NCBI GenBank assembly: GCA_016928855.1
Contig: JAFGKA010000037.1
Coordinates: 1-26,405 of the forward strand
Source of the DNA: Phycisphaerae bacterium
GTDB taxonomy: Bacteria > Planctomycetota > Phycisphaerae > UBA1845 > PWPN01
Direction: 5' to 3'
Length of the DNA stretch: 26,405 nt
Shown here: positions 1 through 9,165 of the stretch, piece after piece
Layout: each line of letters begins with the position of its first letter
Numbering within the stretch: position 1 is the stretch's first letter
Translations under genes and position numbers: made by a program
The notes under the pieces: model-generated
Told to the model about the DNA's origin: nothing
Seen by the model: only the letters and a program-made list of their open reading frames with translations
Databases searched by the model: none

Positions 1-2
1 CC

Positions 3-1166
3 GAGCAAGCCTACAAGCCGGACACGCGTGTCGAACTCGAACTCGGGCCGGGCGAGGCCGCCTTGCTGAAATTCGCCGGGAACGCCGCGGGCGTGACTGA
101 GTTCCTGTTTCACAATAAGGAAGGCCGGTTGGACGTCCTCTACGCCTGCGCCGGCGAGCCGTACAATTCGACGCGCGTTACACCCCAGCGGCCCCGAAAC
201 AGCCGCACCATCAGCAAGGTGGACGCGCCGGAGTGGATGCAATGCGACGTGCAATGCGAGTTCCGGGACGGCATCGCGCACGTGACGTTCTTGACCGAAA
301 CCATCTCCGCCGAACGCGTGCGCAAAATTCAGGAAGACCAGGAAAAAGCCCGCGAGGCCCGGATGGACAAGCAGCGCCGGATCCTCACCTGGGACGACGC
401 CGCGGATATACCGGCCTTCAAGATGGTCATTCCCGGCCCACACGATCCATCACTGCGGCAGTTGCGCCAGGACTACGAACTCGACAAGGTCGTCGCCGGC
501 GCGGCGAATGACTACGAGCGGCTGCAGCGCCTCGTGAAATGGACCCACGACCGCTGGAAACACAGCGGCGACAACACGCCGTCGAAGTCCGATCCGCTCA
601 CGATCCTGGCCGAAGCGAAAGAGGGAAAGCGGTTCCGCTGCGTGGAATACGCGATTGTCGTCACGGGCTGCGCCCAGGCGCTCGGCATGCCCGCGCGTCG
701 GCTCGCACTCAAACGAGAGGATGTCGAAACGGCCAAGTCCGGCGCCGGTCACGTCGTCGCGGAGGTCTGGCTCGATTCATTCGAGAAGTGGGTGTTCGTC
801 GACGGCCAGTGGGACGTGATCCCCGAAAAGGACGGAAAGCCGCTCAACGCCGTCGAGTTCCAGGACGCCATCGGCCGCAAGGCCCCGAACCTGAAGCTCC
901 GCTCTTCGTCGGACGTCAAGGAAGACATCTACCTGTACTGGGTCGCGCCGTATCTCTATTACTTCGACGTCAACCTCGATCAGCAGACCTTCGGAGCCGA
1001 TTCGGATCACGCCGAAGCGAATCGACGGACACCGAAAGAGGGCAAGATCATGCTCGTGCCCAAAGGCGCCAAGAACCCCACGATCTTTCAAGGCAAGAGC
1101 CCGATCGGCAACTGCACCTACATCTCGAGCCCGAAAGCGTTCTACCCGAACCCGAAAACGCCGTGA
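3..1166 (+). CDS. Transglutaminase-like (cysteine protease fold) domain protein, 5'-partial. The frame stays open to the window edge; the ORF track begins at an internal TTG at 63.
   Basis: Cys-His-Asp triad context typical of the transglutaminase-like superfamily: FRCVEYAIVV (C-x-x-Y-A), GHVVAEVW (H-x-x-x-E-V-W), FVDGQWD. GC-rich third codon positions. No stop between position 3 and 63 in this frame. Confidence 0.75.
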   Translation, partial: EQAYKPDTRVELELGPGEAALLKFAGNAAGVTEFLFHNKEGRLDVLYACAGEPYNSTRVTPQRPRNSRTISKVDAPEWMQCDVQCEFRDGIAHVTFLTETISAERVRKIQEDQEKAREARMDKQRRILTWDDAADIPAFKMVIPGPHDPSLRQLRQDYELDKVVAGAANDYERLQRLVKWTHDRWKHSGDNTPSKSDPLTILAEAKEGKRFRCVEYAIVVTGCAQALGMPARRLALKREDVETAKSGAGHVVAEVWLDSFEKWVFVDGQWDVIPEKDGKPLNAVEFQDAIGRKAPNLKLRSSSDVKEDIYLYWVAPYLYYFDVNLDQQTFGADSDHAEANRRTPKEGKIMLVPKGAKNPTIFQGKSPIGNCTYISSPKAFYPNPKTP

Positions 1167-1206
1167 TGCGCACCGACTGTCCGCTCGGGCTGTCTTCACA
1201 CATGGG

Positions 1207-1452
1207 TTACGTCGCCCGGAAGAAGCGGTTGTCGGTGCCGCCGGGGCCTACGCGGACGCGGACCTTCCTGAGGCAGTGCGGGCACCAGCCGACGTACGCC
1301 GTGCCGGCGCGGTTGCGGTACAGGCGGGCATAGACGCCGCAACAGTCGAAATGGACGCCGATCCACCGGCGGCCTTGAAACGACGACGCCTCCGCAGGTT
1401 CGTCACCGTCCAGGCCGGGAATATCCAGGTGATAGGCAGGCTCGTCACTCAT
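1207..1452 (-). CDS. Small Cys-rich (zinc-ribbon-like) hypothetical protein, 81 aa.
   Basis: ATG at 1452..1450. Strong GC3 codon bias. CC-x(n)-C-x-x-C arrangement (DCCGVY...WCPHC). Last gene of the minus-strand cluster, downstream of the cyclodeaminase gene. Confidence 0.5.
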   Translation of the reverse strand: MSDEPAYHLDIPGLDGDEPAEASSFQGRRWIGVHFDCCGVYARLYRNRAGTAYVGWCPHCLRKVRVRVGPGGTDNRFFRAT

Positions 1453-1632
1453 CTTGCGATTCTATCGGCTCAGAACGGACTCAAATCGAAGGTGCCGGTC
1501 CAGAGAGCGAGGGTTCGGGCCCCTTTTTGCCCCAACCCCAGTTCACCAACCGGCGTTCTCCCTGTTTCAAGGCACCCGTTCGATAGCCCACGTCCGCCCG
1601 GAATAGAAGGCGCCAGACCCCTGGCCATCGCC

Positions 1633-2256
1633 TCAGCCGACGACGAACGCCTCAACCGAATCCCGATGCGCCCGGACCCGCTGGAGCATGCCCCGCAGGT
1701 CGCTGGCCAGCCGCTCGGCCTCGGCCGCATCGTCGAACGCCGCGAGATTGATCCGCGCGTTCGCGGCCGCCGCATGGGCCGCCGCATCGCACAACACCGC
1801 CCCAACAACTAAATCGGACAACAGATGGCGATTGCAGCACGCTTTCATCGCGTCCATCCGCTCGGCGGCCACCGCCGCAACCGCCACGATCTCCATCGGC
1901 ACGGCCGTCGCGGTCGCCAGGGCCCGCGAGCGCTCGACGACGGCCTGCTCGTCATCGCCCTTGTTCCTTGCCGCGGCCGAATAGCGCCCATAGGCGGCCA
2001 CATCCTCAGCCAGCAGCCGACAGAACGCCTCGCGTGTCCGCGCCAACTCATCGAGCCATGCCCGAACCGCCGGCTCATGCTCGGCATACCGGGCGTTACC
2101 GACCGTGTAGCGGGCGGTCATCTGGCCCATCGCCGCGGCAAGTGCCCCGACCAGCGCGGCGACACTGCCGCCGCCGGGCACCGGCTCGCGCGCCCCGGCT
2201 CGTTCGAGGAACTCAGCGATCGATAAGTTCAACATCGACGCGGGCAAGGCGCTCAC
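1633..2256 (-). CDS. Cyclodeaminase/cyclohydrolase family protein (formiminotransferase-cyclodeaminase C-terminal-domain-like; methenyl-THF cyclohydrolase-like).
   Basis: N-terminal signature EFLERAGAREPVPGGGSVAALVGALAAAM matches the FTCD_C family motif (E-F-L-E-x-L-A-S-x-x-P-T-P-G-G-G-S-A-A-A-L-x-G-A-L-A). All-alpha, Ala-rich composition. GTG start at 2256 preceded by AGAAGGAG. Overlaps the upstream gene's stop by 4 nt (GTGA). Confidence 0.85.
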   Translation of the reverse strand: MSALPASMLNLSIAEFLERAGAREPVPGGGSVAALVGALAAAMGQMTARYTVGNARYAEHEPAVRAWLDELARTREAFCRLLAEDVAAYGRYSAAARNKGDDEQAVVERSRALATATAVPMEIVAVAAVAAERMDAMKACCNRHLLSDLVVGAVLCDAAAHAAAANARINLAAFDDAAEAERLASDLRGMLQRVRAHRDSVEAFVVG

Positions 2257-5003
2257 GGCGAGACTCCTTCTGTCGCTGGCAGCGCCGGCTCCAGCCGATC
2301 GATGGCCGCGGGCGCGACGCCGATGTCCACCAACTCAGGCTGCGGCGTAACGACCGTCACGATCGGCTGCGTCAGGTACTTCTTCGCGACACGGCAGACG
2401 TCCTCGCGCGTGACGCCCTGAACGTCGGCGACATAATGCTCGCGGTGGTCGAAACCGAGGCCGTACAGCTCATCGAGGGCGGCCTGGGTCGCCCGATCGC
2501 TGTTCGTTTGCGATCGCATCAACTCGGTGGAGAGAATGACGCCCTTGGCCCGCTCGAGTTCGTCGTCGTCAAAGTCACCGGCCCGAGCGCGCTCGAAACT
2601 CTCCGTCATGATCCGATAGACCTCGCTGACCTTCTCCGGCTGGCACGCCGCGTAGGCGCCGAAGAACCCCGGCTCGAGCACGGCCCAGTTGATCGCGTGC
2701 ACCTCGTACACAAGGTCGCGGTCACCGCCCCGCAGCCCCTCATGCAGCCAGCCGCCCGGATACCCGTAGCCACTCATGATCGTATCGAGCACCGCCATCG
2801 GATACCGGTCCTTCGTATTGGCCATGGTCATGCCGCGAAAGCCGACATAGATCCCCGCCGCGCGCCGGTCCGGCCCCTTGGCCTTGATGTACAAGGTCGG
2901 TTGCTCGATCGACGGCTCGGCGGGCACGGCCGGGCGTGGCAACGCGCTCGCCGACATCGCCGCGAACCGCTTGGCCACAGCCGCTTCTACCGTCGCTGGA
3001 TCGAAATCACCAAAGATCGTCAGGACGGTATTGGGACCAACCCAGCAGCGGCGGTGATACGCCGCCAGTGTGGCCGAATCGAGCTTCTGGACAGCGTCGG
3101 CGCTGCCGATCGCCTGCATGCAGTAGGGGCTCTTCGAGAAGAACCGCCGGAAGAAGTACGCGTTCAACTCCGACCGCCAGGACTCATCAATCTGCGAAAT
3201 CGCGTCCAGGAGGCGCGGCCGAAGCCGCTCGACCTCTTCCACGGCAAACGCCGGATGCAGCACGACATCCGCCAGCACCTCCAGCGCATCCTCGAAATCC
3301 TCGCGGAGCACCGTCGCCTGAACGAACATCGTGCTGCTGCCACTGGCGGCGCCGACGCTCGCGCCGCGAGAATCGAAGAACCGCGCGATCTCGTCCGCCG
3401 ATCGCGTGGCCGTACCCCGCAGCATGAGTTCGGCGGCCATGTTGCTGATCCCGTTGTTCGTTTCGTCTTCGCCGAGCAACCCGCCGAGGCAATAGAGCTG
3501 CGTCGCGACCAGCGGCGCCGACGGGTCGTGGCGCAGCACGACGCGCAGGCCGTTGTCGAGCACGATCATGCGCGCCGGCTCGGCAGTCCGTGTCGTCGTT
3601 TCCGTTTCGCGCATCACCTCCTCCTGGGGCAGGATCATGATCGTGCCCAGTCGATCCGGCCGCAGGTACCGGCGTGCAACGTCAGAAACCTGTTCGGCGG
3701 TCACAGCCTGGATCTTCGCAACGTAGGTGTCACTGAAATGAGCATCGCCCGCTGAGATGAAGTCCCTCGCCATCGAGTCGGCGACCTGTTCGGCCGTCTG
3801 ATTGGCGAACACGAGTTCGGCCGCCTTCTGTCGCTTGGCCTGGGCCAGCTCCTCCTCGCCGATCGGGTCACTCTGCACGCGGCGGATCTCGGCCCATAGG
3901 GCGTCGGTGGCCGCCTCGACGTTCTCCGGCGCCATTCGCGAGGTGATCGCGAATACGCCCCGCGCCCAGTCCGGCGTCCAACTGATACTGTCCATGCTGA
4001 ACGCCAGCTTCTGGTCGCGCACGAGCGACCGCACGAGACGCGAACTCTCGCCCTGCGTGAGAACGAAGCTGAGGACATCCAGCGGATACAGGTCCGGATG
4101 AATCAGCGGAATCGACGGCCACGCCCACTGTACAATCGCGGACTGCACGTTCATCCGTTGGATCGCCGTGCGCGGTGCGGTCATTTCCGGCTCTTCCGGC
4201 AGCGTAATCGTCCGCACCGGTCGTCGCTTGAATGACGCAAATGCCACGCTCACTGCGTTGAGCGCTTCAGCCGGATCCATGTCGCCGGCGATGGACACCA
4301 CGATGTTGTCCGGCACGTACATGCGATGGTAATAGCCGATGATGTCCTCGCGCGTCAGGCTTTGCACGGCCTGCTGATGGCCGATGATCGGAAACCGCGC
4401 CGGATGCCGCAGGTACATCGTATCGAGCAGCATGTAGAACAACTGCCGATCCGGCGAATCCAGGTCACGCTCCAGTTCGCGCTGCACGACGCCCCACTCG
4501 CGCTGGAACGGCCCTTCCGGAAACGTCGGCCGCGTGATCCAGTCCGCCACCAGTTCGACCGCCCGGGTAAGGTTTTCCTTGTCGGTGTTGATGAAGTACG
4601 CCGTCATCGAGAAGCTTGTGAAGGCGTTCGTGTTGTTGCCGAGTTCGGACAGAACCTTCGCCGACGCCTCCTCCGACCGCGTGGTGGTCTCGCCACCGTG
4701 CAGCAGATGCTCAAACAGGTGGCTGATCCCCGCGCCGGCGTACTCCTGCTCGTACACGCTGCCGGTCTTGCAGTACATCCGCACGGCTACGACCGGCGCC
4801 GTCCGGTGCGCCTTGAGGATCACCGTCAGGCCGTTGGACAGCACGCCGATCTGCTCATCCGGCTGGTTCACCAGGCAGCGCGACACGGTCAGCGGCGTCG
4901 CCGGCGCCGATGCCTCGGCCGACGCCTGCGCCAGCGCCATCGGCGCCATGGCCCCGGCCACAACGACCGCTACCGCGCTCGTGACTCGACGATGTCGTGT
5001 CAT
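2253..5003 (-). CDS. Secreted M16 family (pitrilysin/insulinase-like) zinc metallopeptidase with tandem active plus inactive M16 units, 916 aa.
   Basis: Inverted zinc motif HxxEH (GISHLFEHLLHGGE) in the first half. A second M16-like half lacks the motif. N-terminal signal peptide MTRHRRVTSAVAVVVAGAMAPMALAQA. RBS GGAAGGGGG 6 nt upstream, inside the preceding gene. ATGA overlap with the upstream receiver gene. Confidence 0.9.
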   Translation of the reverse strand: MTRHRRVTSAVAVVVAGAMAPMALAQASAEASAPATPLTVSRCLVNQPDEQIGVLSNGLTVILKAHRTAPVVAVRMYCKTGSVYEQEYAGAGISHLFEHLLHGGETTTRSEEASAKVLSELGNNTNAFTSFSMTAYFINTDKENLTRAVELVADWITRPTFPEGPFQREWGVVQRELERDLDSPDRQLFYMLLDTMYLRHPARFPIIGHQQAVQSLTREDIIGYYHRMYVPDNIVVSIAGDMDPAEALNAVSVAFASFKRRPVRTITLPEEPEMTAPRTAIQRMNVQSAIVQWAWPSIPLIHPDLYPLDVLSFVLTQGESSRLVRSLVRDQKLAFSMDSISWTPDWARGVFAITSRMAPENVEAATDALWAEIRRVQSDPIGEEELAQAKRQKAAELVFANQTAEQVADSMARDFISAGDAHFSDTYVAKIQAVTAEQVSDVARRYLRPDRLGTIMILPQEEVMRETETTTRTAEPARMIVLDNGLRVVLRHDPSAPLVATQLYCLGGLLGEDETNNGISNMAAELMLRGTATRSADEIARFFDSRGASVGAASGSSTMFVQATVLREDFEDALEVLADVVLHPAFAVEEVERLRPRLLDAISQIDESWRSELNAYFFRRFFSKSPYCMQAIGSADAVQKLDSATLAAYHRRCWVGPNTVLTIFGDFDPATVEAAVAKRFAAMSASALPRPAVPAEPSIEQPTLYIKAKGPDRRAAGIYVGFRGMTMANTKDRYPMAVLDTIMSGYGYPGGWLHEGLRGGDRDLVYEVHAINWAVLEPGFFGAYAACQPEKVSEVYRIMTESFERARAGDFDDDELERAKGVILSTELMRSQTNSDRATQAALDELYGLGFDHREHYVADVQGVTREDVCRVAKKYLTQPIVTVVTPQPELVDIGVAPAAIDRLEPALPATEGVSP

Positions 5004-5485
5004 TCGCCACCCCCTTCCACATCAGCGGCCCCGAGGCCGCGGTCTTTGTTCGAAGACTGCTCCAGCTCCTTCTTGAGCCCGCGAAGCCGCAGCAGATTCC
5101 GCACCCGCGTCGCCAACTCGACGCGGTTGACCGGCTTGGACAGGAACTCGTCCGTGCCACATTCGCGCGCCCGCTCCATGTCGCCCAGCTCGTTCAGCGC
5201 CGTCACCATGATAATTGGAATATCGCGGGTTTCCGGATCCGCCTTGAGATGCTTGCAGACCTCGAAACCGGACATCTTCGGCATCATGATGTCGAGCAAG
5301 ATCAGGTCCGGCGGATCGGCCATGACCTTGTCGATCGCGTCGATGCCGTTGGTAGCCGTCGTCGGCACCACTTCCGGAAGCTCATCCATGTAGGCCTCGA
5401 GCAATTCCAGGTTCTGCACGTTGTCGTCCACGATCAGGACCTTCCACGGCCCGCCGCCTTGTGCCTGTGACCCTTTTTCGCTCAT
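5000..5485 (-). CDS. Stand-alone response regulator receiver (CheY-like REC only). Start chosen at the internal ATG at 5485 rather than the ORF-track start at 5563.
   Basis: KVLIVDD ... PPDLILLDIMMP ... IIMVTA ... SKP: canonical REC residues (DD pocket, phospho-Asp, Thr, Lys). ATG at 5485 preceded by GGAGAA with 8-nt spacing. The stop overlaps the M16 start (ATGA). Confidence 0.85.
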   Translation of the reverse strand: MSEKGSQAQGGGPWKVLIVDDNVQNLELLEAYMDELPEVVPTTATNGIDAIDKVMADPPDLILLDIMMPKMSGFEVCKHLKADPETRDIPIIMVTALNELGDMERARECGTDEFLSKPVNRVELATRVRNLLRLRGLKKELEQSSNKDRGLGAADVEGGGE

Positions 5486-5631
5486 GCTTGTTGTTCTCCT
5501 GCCGTCAGAAGCCGCGACACCGTTGTGTACCACCGCCCGGAACCCCATTCCCATGACCGCCACCCGCTCAACGGGCCCGCTCCGGTCTGATCACCTGTAA
5601 TGCCCGCGCCCGCCTGGCGCTCATCCAGGGC

Positions 5632-5637
5632 ATTATA
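5632..5637 (-). promoter_or_regulatory. Candidate -10 hexamer (TATAAT on the minus strand) in the divergent intergenic region, about 150 nt upstream of the receiver/M16 operon start.
   Basis: Perfect TATAAT reading on the minus strand (plus strand attata) in a locally AT-rich intergenic stretch. No good -35. Promoter architecture in this lineage is unknown. Confidence 0.25.
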
Positions 5638-5896
5638 TGATCGGACGTTGCCCACCGCTAACGGGGGTCGGCCGAATGGAATCGATTGTCCCCTACGACA
5701 TCGTGAAGCGTGCCAACCGGACAACCGATCAAATCTGTATATGGGAATCCGTCTGGACAGAGTTCCGACGGGCTACAACATTTTCGGACTTGCCGCCGCC
5801 ACGAATTCGGGGTAACTCGCCACCAGCGGAATCGCGGCAGAGCCTGACGCAGGCACCGCCGAACCGTTCGGCGCGCCGGTAAGTCGGTGGACGTGA

Positions 5897-7483
5897 ATGG
5901 GGCTGCATTCAATGCACAACACCATACTCCTGGTTGACGCTTCGGCACGGATCGCGTCGCTGCTCCGGCCGTGCCTCGAACAACAGGGGTTCCGCCTCCT
6001 TTGTGCGCCGAACAGCGAAGCGGCCCTGTGCACCGCGGACGAACACCCGGTGGACGTGCTCCTCATGACGGCGGATCCGTCAGACCTCAGCGACCACGAG
6101 CTGCTCGCACCATTCCGCGGCAGTCCCTACACCGCCAACCTCCCGGTAATCCTGATCGCCGATCATGCGGAGGACGCAAATCGCCTGTACAGCCTCGAAA
6201 ACGGCGCCATCGACTACCTGGTCGGCCCGGTCGATCCGCCCGCAGTACTGGCACGCATCCGGTCCGGCCTGAGAATCCGCCACCTCGAACGGAAACTCGC
6301 ATTCCACGAAGCGATCATGTACCAGTTGCACGAGTTCGCGTTGCGACTGAACACGCTTGAAAGCATCGATGATACCCTCCAGGAAACGCTGGCCGTTGCA
6401 CAATCGGTGACATCGAGCAGCCGGTCCGCCATTCTTCTGCCGGACGCCGAAGACCAACGCCTCCGCGTCGCCCAGCACATCGGGGCGGACGCCTCCCTCG
6501 CCGCGACCTTGTCGATTCCGATCGGCGAACCGATTGCGGGCGTCGTCTTCGAAGAACAACATGCGTGTGTGGTCAATACGATCGAAGAGCTGCCCGCGGA
6601 CAATCCGGTGGACCTGCCGCTGCTGGGCACCCCGCCGTTTGCCCTGGCGCCGATTTGCACCGACGCCGGCCCGGTCGGCGTGCTCATGGTCGCCGACAAG
6701 CGCATTCGGCACGCCTACTCCGACCAGGATCTCAAGGCTCTCTACAGCATCGCTTCGTCCGCCGCGGTTGCCATCGAAAGCCAGCGGCGCCGGCATCATC
6801 TCGATCAGACACGCGACGCGGCGCTCCTCGGACTGGCAAGTCTGGCGGAATGGCGGGACGCGGAGACCGGCCGCCACCTCGAACGGATGCGCGAGTATGC
6901 CCTGATCATCGCGCGGAAGCTGCAGGAGACGAGTCAATACAGCTCGACCATCACGCGCGGTTTTCTCGATGCGCTCTCCCGCTCGATGCCGCTGCACGAC
7001 ATTGGCAAGGTAGGCATCCCCGACCACATCCTGCTCAAGCCCGGCAAGCTGACGGAAGGGGAATACGACATCATGAAGACGCATGCGAAAATCGGCGCGG
7101 ACGTCTTGCAGGCCATGGCCAACCGCATCCGCGGCGATTCGTTCCTCGACATGGCGCGCGACATCGCCAGACACCACCACGAACGCTATGACGGAAAGGG
7201 TTATCCGGCACGGCTGACCGAACAGGCCATTCCACTGGCAGCCCGCATCGCCGCGGTCGCCGATGTCTATGACGCCCTGTCGGCCAACCGGGTTTACCGG
7301 ACTGCCTGGCCGCACGAGCAGGTCGTCGAGTATCTGCTGGCCAACCGCGGAAGCCATTTCGATCCGCTCGTGACCGATGCGTTCCTCGAACAGGCCAGTG
7401 AGGTCAATCGCATCCGGCAACAGATGTCCGACGCGCCGACACAGGAGTCGGAACAGGAAGAGGTGGTTCTCGGGAGGGCCTGA
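5897..7483 (+). CDS. c-di-GMP phosphodiesterase of HD-GYP type with an N-terminal degenerate (pseudo)receiver and a central GAF domain.
   Basis: HD motif MPLHDIGKVGIPD and GYP motif HHHERYDGKGYP are both intact. The N-terminal REC-like fold (ILLVDAS ... VDVLLMTAD ... VILIADH) lacks the second acidic-pocket Asp, the phospho-acceptor Asp, the Thr and the Lys. GAF-like middle region. ATG at 5897 with GGTGGA upstream. Confidence 0.88.
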   Translation: MGLHSMHNTILLVDASARIASLLRPCLEQQGFRLLCAPNSEAALCTADEHPVDVLLMTADPSDLSDHELLAPFRGSPYTANLPVILIADHAEDANRLYSLENGAIDYLVGPVDPPAVLARIRSGLRIRHLERKLAFHEAIMYQLHEFALRLNTLESIDDTLQETLAVAQSVTSSSRSAILLPDAEDQRLRVAQHIGADASLAATLSIPIGEPIAGVVFEEQHACVVNTIEELPADNPVDLPLLGTPPFALAPICTDAGPVGVLMVADKRIRHAYSDQDLKALYSIASSAAVAIESQRRRHHLDQTRDAALLGLASLAEWRDAETGRHLERMREYALIIARKLQETSQYSSTITRGFLDALSRSMPLHDIGKVGIPDHILLKPGKLTEGEYDIMKTHAKIGADVLQAMANRIRGDSFLDMARDIARHHHERYDGKGYPARLTEQAIPLAARIAAVADVYDALSANRVYRTAWPHEQVVEYLLANRGSHFDPLVTDAFLEQASEVNRIRQQMSDAPTQESEQEEVVLGRA

Positions 7484-7677
7484 TCCCGAGCCGAACGAAG
7501 CGGCGGCCGGCCCGGGCATCGCGGAAAGATGCAGGCCTGCGAAAGGGTGGAACGAAGGATGCACATGCGGCGAGGCGGGCATGGAATAGACCGCCACTCA
7601 CTGAAGATCGAAAGGCCCACGGCGGGCATCCCATCGCGCGCCGCGAGGTGTCCAGCAGGAAGGGAGCGCTTCACGCG

Positions 7678-9165
7678 ATGACCGATATTCTCGAGAGCGT
7701 CCGACATGCGGATAATCTGCCGACGTGTCCCGCCGTGGCCATGGAAGTGCTGCGCCTGATCCGGCAGGACGACGTCAGCGTGGCCGAACTCGCCCGCGTC
7801 ATTCAGAACGATCCGGCCCTGACAAGCAAGATCCTCAAGACGGTCAACTCCTCGTTGTTCGGGATGCCCAGAAAGATCTCGTCCGTCCAGCAGGCTATGG
7901 TCGTACTCGGGCTGCGCACCGTCAAAGTGATGGCCCTCAGCTTCACCCTGGTCGACAGCATGCGGGAACTGCGCGACGGCACGTTCGATCTTCAGGGCTA
8001 CTGGCGACATTCCCTCACGACAGCCGTCGCCGCCCGGTTCCTCGCGGAAACGACCCACCCGGTGCTGGCCGATCATGCATTCGTGGCCGGGCTGCTGGCC
8101 GATATCGGCGTGCTGGCCGCTCTGCACTGCGCGCCCGCCCAGTACCGCCCCGTCATCCGAGCACGCGGCACGCGACCGCTGCAGTTCGTCGAACAGGAGA
8201 TGCTCGCACTGACACATGCAGCCATCAGCGAAATGCTGCTGCAAATATGGAATCTGCCGGAGCCGGTCGTACATGCCGTCGGCGCCCACCACAACACAGA
8301 CACGCAGGCCCCGGAAGGATCCGACCGGGAGCTGGTCGCCATCCTGCGCAGCGCCGCCGCCATCGCGGATCTTTTCTGTGAGGACCTTACCGAAGTGAAT
8401 ATCGAGGAGACGAAGGCCTGCGTACGTGACTGGACCGGGCTCGACGAACAGGCCGTCGAAGCTCAACTGCATTCGCTCAACGAACGCGTGCGCGAAGCCG
8501 CGGCCCTCTTCAGCCTCGACATCGGCGAAACCCGTGACTACGCCCAGCTCCAGACCGAGGCCATGACGCAACTCGCCCACCTGACCATGACGGCCGAACT
8601 CGAGCGCGCCTTAGCCACCCAGCAGATGGAGAAACTCAACCACGAAACGCAGGCGCTCCGCCAGCGGGTCGCGACGGATGGCCTGACCCAGATCGACAAC
8701 CGCGCCAGCTTCGACGAGCATCTTCGCCAATATCTGCAACAGGCCGCGCAATCCAGAACGCCCGTCGGCCTGATCATGCTCGATCTCGATCATTTCAAGA
8801 TGCTCAACGACACGTACGGGCACCAGATCGGCGATGTGGTGTTGCGCGAAGTGGGCAAGTGCCTCCAGCAGATCCGGGACAACCTGCGATTCTGTGCGCG
8901 CTACGGCGGCGAGGAGTTCGCCATTCTCGTCGGCAAGGCCACGACCGGACGACTCCGCAAGCTCGCCGAGGATGTCCGCCAGTCAATCGAACAGATCCGG
9001 GTGCAGGTCGAAAGCGAAGCGATCACCGTCACCGCCAGCCTCGGGGCCGCGATCCTCGCCACCCCCGGCGAAGACCCGCACGGCGACGCCCTGGTCCAAC
9101 TCGCGGACGAATGCCTCTACACGGCCAAGCGCACGGGGCGTAACCGGGTCGTGCTCGCGAGCTGA
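7678..9165 (+). CDS. Diguanylate cyclase with an N-terminal HDOD domain and a C-terminal GGDEF domain (GGEEF active site). Start chosen at ATG 7678; the track starts at GTG 7648.
   Basis: HDOD signature in the N-terminal region (ELARVIQNDPALTSKILKTVNSSLFG...ISSVQQAMVVLG). GGDEF domain with RYGGEEFAILV. RBS AGGAAGGGAG 10 nt upstream of ATG 7678. No RxxD I-site five residues upstream of GGEEF. Confidence 0.88.
   Translation: MTDILESVRHADNLPTCPAVAMEVLRLIRQDDVSVAELARVIQNDPALTSKILKTVNSSLFGMPRKISSVQQAMVVLGLRTVKVMALSFTLVDSMRELRDGTFDLQGYWRHSLTTAVAARFLAETTHPVLADHAFVAGLLADIGVLAALHCAPAQYRPVIRARGTRPLQFVEQEMLALTHAAISEMLLQIWNLPEPVVHAVGAHHNTDTQAPEGSDRELVAILRSAAAIADLFCEDLTEVNIEETKACVRDWTGLDEQAVEAQLHSLNERVREAAALFSLDIGETRDYAQLQTEAMTQLAHLTMTAELERALATQQMEKLNHETQALRQRVATDGLTQIDNRASFDEHLRQYLQQAAQSRTPVGLIMLDLDHFKMLNDTYGHQIGDVVLREVGKCLQQIRDNLRFCARYGGEEFAILVGKATTGRLRKLAEDVRQSIEQIRVQVESEAITVTASLGAAILATPGEDPHGDALVQLADECLYTAKRTGRNRVVLAS

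Noticed and set aside
1519-1535. GC-rich segment followed by a T5 run (gggttcgggcccctttttgcc) that looks like an intrinsic terminator.
   Set aside because: It reads as a terminator only on the plus strand, but both flanking genes are minus-strand and it lies inside their shared 180-nt spacer. The stem is poorly formed. It would be an A-tract preceding the GC block on the relevant transcript.
2233-2235. Alternative ATG start (MLNLSIAEF...) for the cyclodeaminase gene, which aligns better with FTCD_C N-termini.
   Set aside because: It has no Shine-Dalgarno-like sequence. The upstream GTG at 2256 is preceded by AGAAGGAG at ideal spacing and forms a GTGA overlap with the peptidase stop. I kept 2256 but the call is uncertain.
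1968-3755. 595-aa plus-strand ORF, and the similar ORF at 4326..5393, opposite the M16 peptidase gene.
   Set aside because: Arg/Pro/His-rich and not protein-like. The opposite strand carries the HxxEH M16 signature and a signal peptide.
6080-8580. Long minus-strand ORFs (6080..7597 and 7294..8580) opposite the HD-GYP and GGDEF genes.
   Set aside because: The plus strand has intact HD, GYP, HDOD and GGEEF motifs. The minus-strand translations are Arg/Gly/Asp-rich with no motifs and would overlap each other.
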